A stretch of DNA of 64,000 nt from positions 111,159 to 175,158 of the forward strand of contig NW_019218131.1 of the NCBI RefSeq assembly GCF_002571385.2, read 5' to 3'. The translations under genes and the position numbers were made by a program. Positions 62,401 to 64,000 of this stretch are shown one piece after another. The notes beneath the pieces are model-generated. The model was not told the DNA's origin. It saw only the letters and a program-made list of their open reading frames with translations, and ran no database searches. The stretch comes from Stylophora pistillata. Lineage: Eukaryota. The first letter of the stretch is position 1, and each line of letters starts with the position of its first letter.

Positions 62401-64000
62401 GATAGTAGACGAGTTCAAAGGAAGCGTGAGGTTCGTGGTAAGAGACATGCCCACAAACACCAAAGCATAAATAAAATGTTTAATGGGTCATTCTCATATG
62501 GGAGAAAGTCAAGCTTTCAAGTTTCAAACACAAACGAAAAGAAAAGCTCGACAAAGAAAGCAAGAGGCACACGTTTTCGTTCGAACGGGACAGAATTACG
62601 CAAAAAGAAAGCAGTTTCTGGTGAGTATTCCTCAAAAACGAAATACAGTTGAACCTCTCCCCAAAGGCCACTTTGAAGACAGAAGAAAATGGCCTTTGGG
62701 GAAATGTAGCCGGTATGGGGAGGTAGGGAAGTAATGTTTGGACAGTCCGCCAAAACCGAAAAAACTGGAGGTTGTGGCGAGATAGCCATTGTAGAGAGGT
62801 GGCCGTTATTATAGGTTCGGCTGTACAGGGAACTACGAGATCATCACGAAGTTTCCTTAATACGAAGCGTTTTTCCATACATTTTCTAAAGTCGTTCTCA
62901 TCCTCTCCTTTCTTTTTTCCAGTCGCTAACAAACCAAGAACGAAAATTATCTATCCCGTTGGGGATCCTATGAAAGATATTATAAGCAAAGGATATTCAG
63001 AGGCGCGTGGATTGTATGGTGCAGGCATTTCATCGCAGGTTGCACCATGGCCATTAACATATACTCCCGTCACACCACAGCCACTTTCATCGGGGGTTCC
63101 ACCGTGGCCCTTAACATTTACTCCCGTAGCACCACAGCTACTTTTCCGACGCTTTCCTTTGCTCGCTTTTCCAAAGGGCTCACCCCAATCGCTGATGGAA
63201 CTCTCCCAAAAGGTAGATCAGTTTCCAAACCAAGACTTAGTTTCAGCCACTGGAAACATTCCATATGATATGAGCCAACCGGCTACTGACACAAGCAATG
63301 TTCCACCGGGCTCATCATGGCAAGATAAACGAAATGAGCCAAACAGCGTTAGTGCAACTTTGAATCTTTTTTCCAGTCAAGAGCCTTTTGGATCCTCAGA
63401 GAAACCTTCAGTGAAGATGCTAAGAGATGAACGGAATGAGGAAAATGAAACCGACCAGAAAGGATCTTCGTCTTCAAGTTATTCATTAAACGCGAATGGC
63501 TTCCCAGAAATATCACAACCGTCTATACCTGGGTTTGCAAGCCAAAGCTACTCGGAATCTCCGGCAGAAACTGCACAGGCCATACCAGAAAACGAGCAGT
63601 TCGGAAAAGGCGATCATGGTTTACCGGATGAAGAAGAATCGGAAGCGGAAGCGGAAAAATTCACTGATGATGGGGAACGAAATGAGGATGAAGAAAGCGA
63701 CTCAAATTTCACTCCAGGATTAGTTGACGGCTTGGATACCATGCAGACAGGTTTACTGAAACAACAGTTTGATAGCACTCCTTCTTTTAAAGGGCGAGTA
63801 ATGGATATATTTCATACATTTGGGTCTCCTCAGTGGGGAAGGAGACCACCTTCTCTGGAATCACTCTGGCGTCGAAGAGCTAATTTACGGCAAAATGCTA
63901 TGGCGCCTCAGAAAGCACTTTTACAAGAACGGGCCACATTTAGCACTAAACAAGATGTACAACAAAATGTTCCTGGGAGTGTTCAAGGAAATGTTTTAGG
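59449..64000 (+). CDS. Large secreted low-complexity protein (signal peptide, many dibasic sites); 3' incomplete; two in-frame TAA at 62050 and 62257
   Basis: ATG 59449 MLPIWPIVLLWLVRASA (signal peptide). Open for 867 aa to TAA 62050-62052; the same frame continues to the donor G|GTGAGT at 62620; acceptor TTTTTTCCAG at 62922; exon 62923-64000 is open in the matching phase for about 359 codons to the window edge. Confidence 0.75.
62645..62825. mobile_element. TA-flanked MITE (TACAGTTGAACCT...AGGTTCGGCTGTA), Tc1/mariner/pogo-like
   Basis: Imperfect inverted termini with TA at both ends, within the intron of the secreted-protein gene. Confidence 0.6.

Overview
AT-rich, intron-rich animal genomic DNA from a gapped draft assembly (N runs at 18380, 32636-32650, 38068-38875, 56311-56807). 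The repeat content and the presence of an alternative NADH dehydrogenase suggest a scleractinian coral or other cnidarian; that is inference. I reconstructed seven protein genes by hand from splice signals and reading phase. (1) An insulin receptor substrate gene (PH+PTB+YxxM/YxN tail, minus strand, 1863-11526). (2) DDX54/DBP10 DEAD-box helicase (minus, 14829-40367), with a U12-type intron, a near-identical 1.6 kb tandem duplication of two exons and at least two exons missing at gaps. (3) An intronless BTB-BACK-Kelch gene nested antisense in a DDX54 intron. (4) A 148-aa orphan ORF head-to-head with DDX54, carrying cyclin-docking-like motifs. (5) An acidic-IDR plus tandem-PH protein. (6) A mitochondrial type II NADH dehydrogenase. 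(7) A very large secreted low-complexity protein running off the right edge. The most striking observation is three in-frame TAA codons inside otherwise intact spliced frames. One lies in IRS exactly at the Tyr position of a YxxM motif (S-D-S-*-V-D-M); two lie in the secreted gene. These could reflect readthrough, cryptic splicing, nonsense alleles or base errors. Introns hold Penelope-like remnants with minimal hammerhead ribozymes, tRNA-derived repeats, a LINE 3' end and many MITEs.
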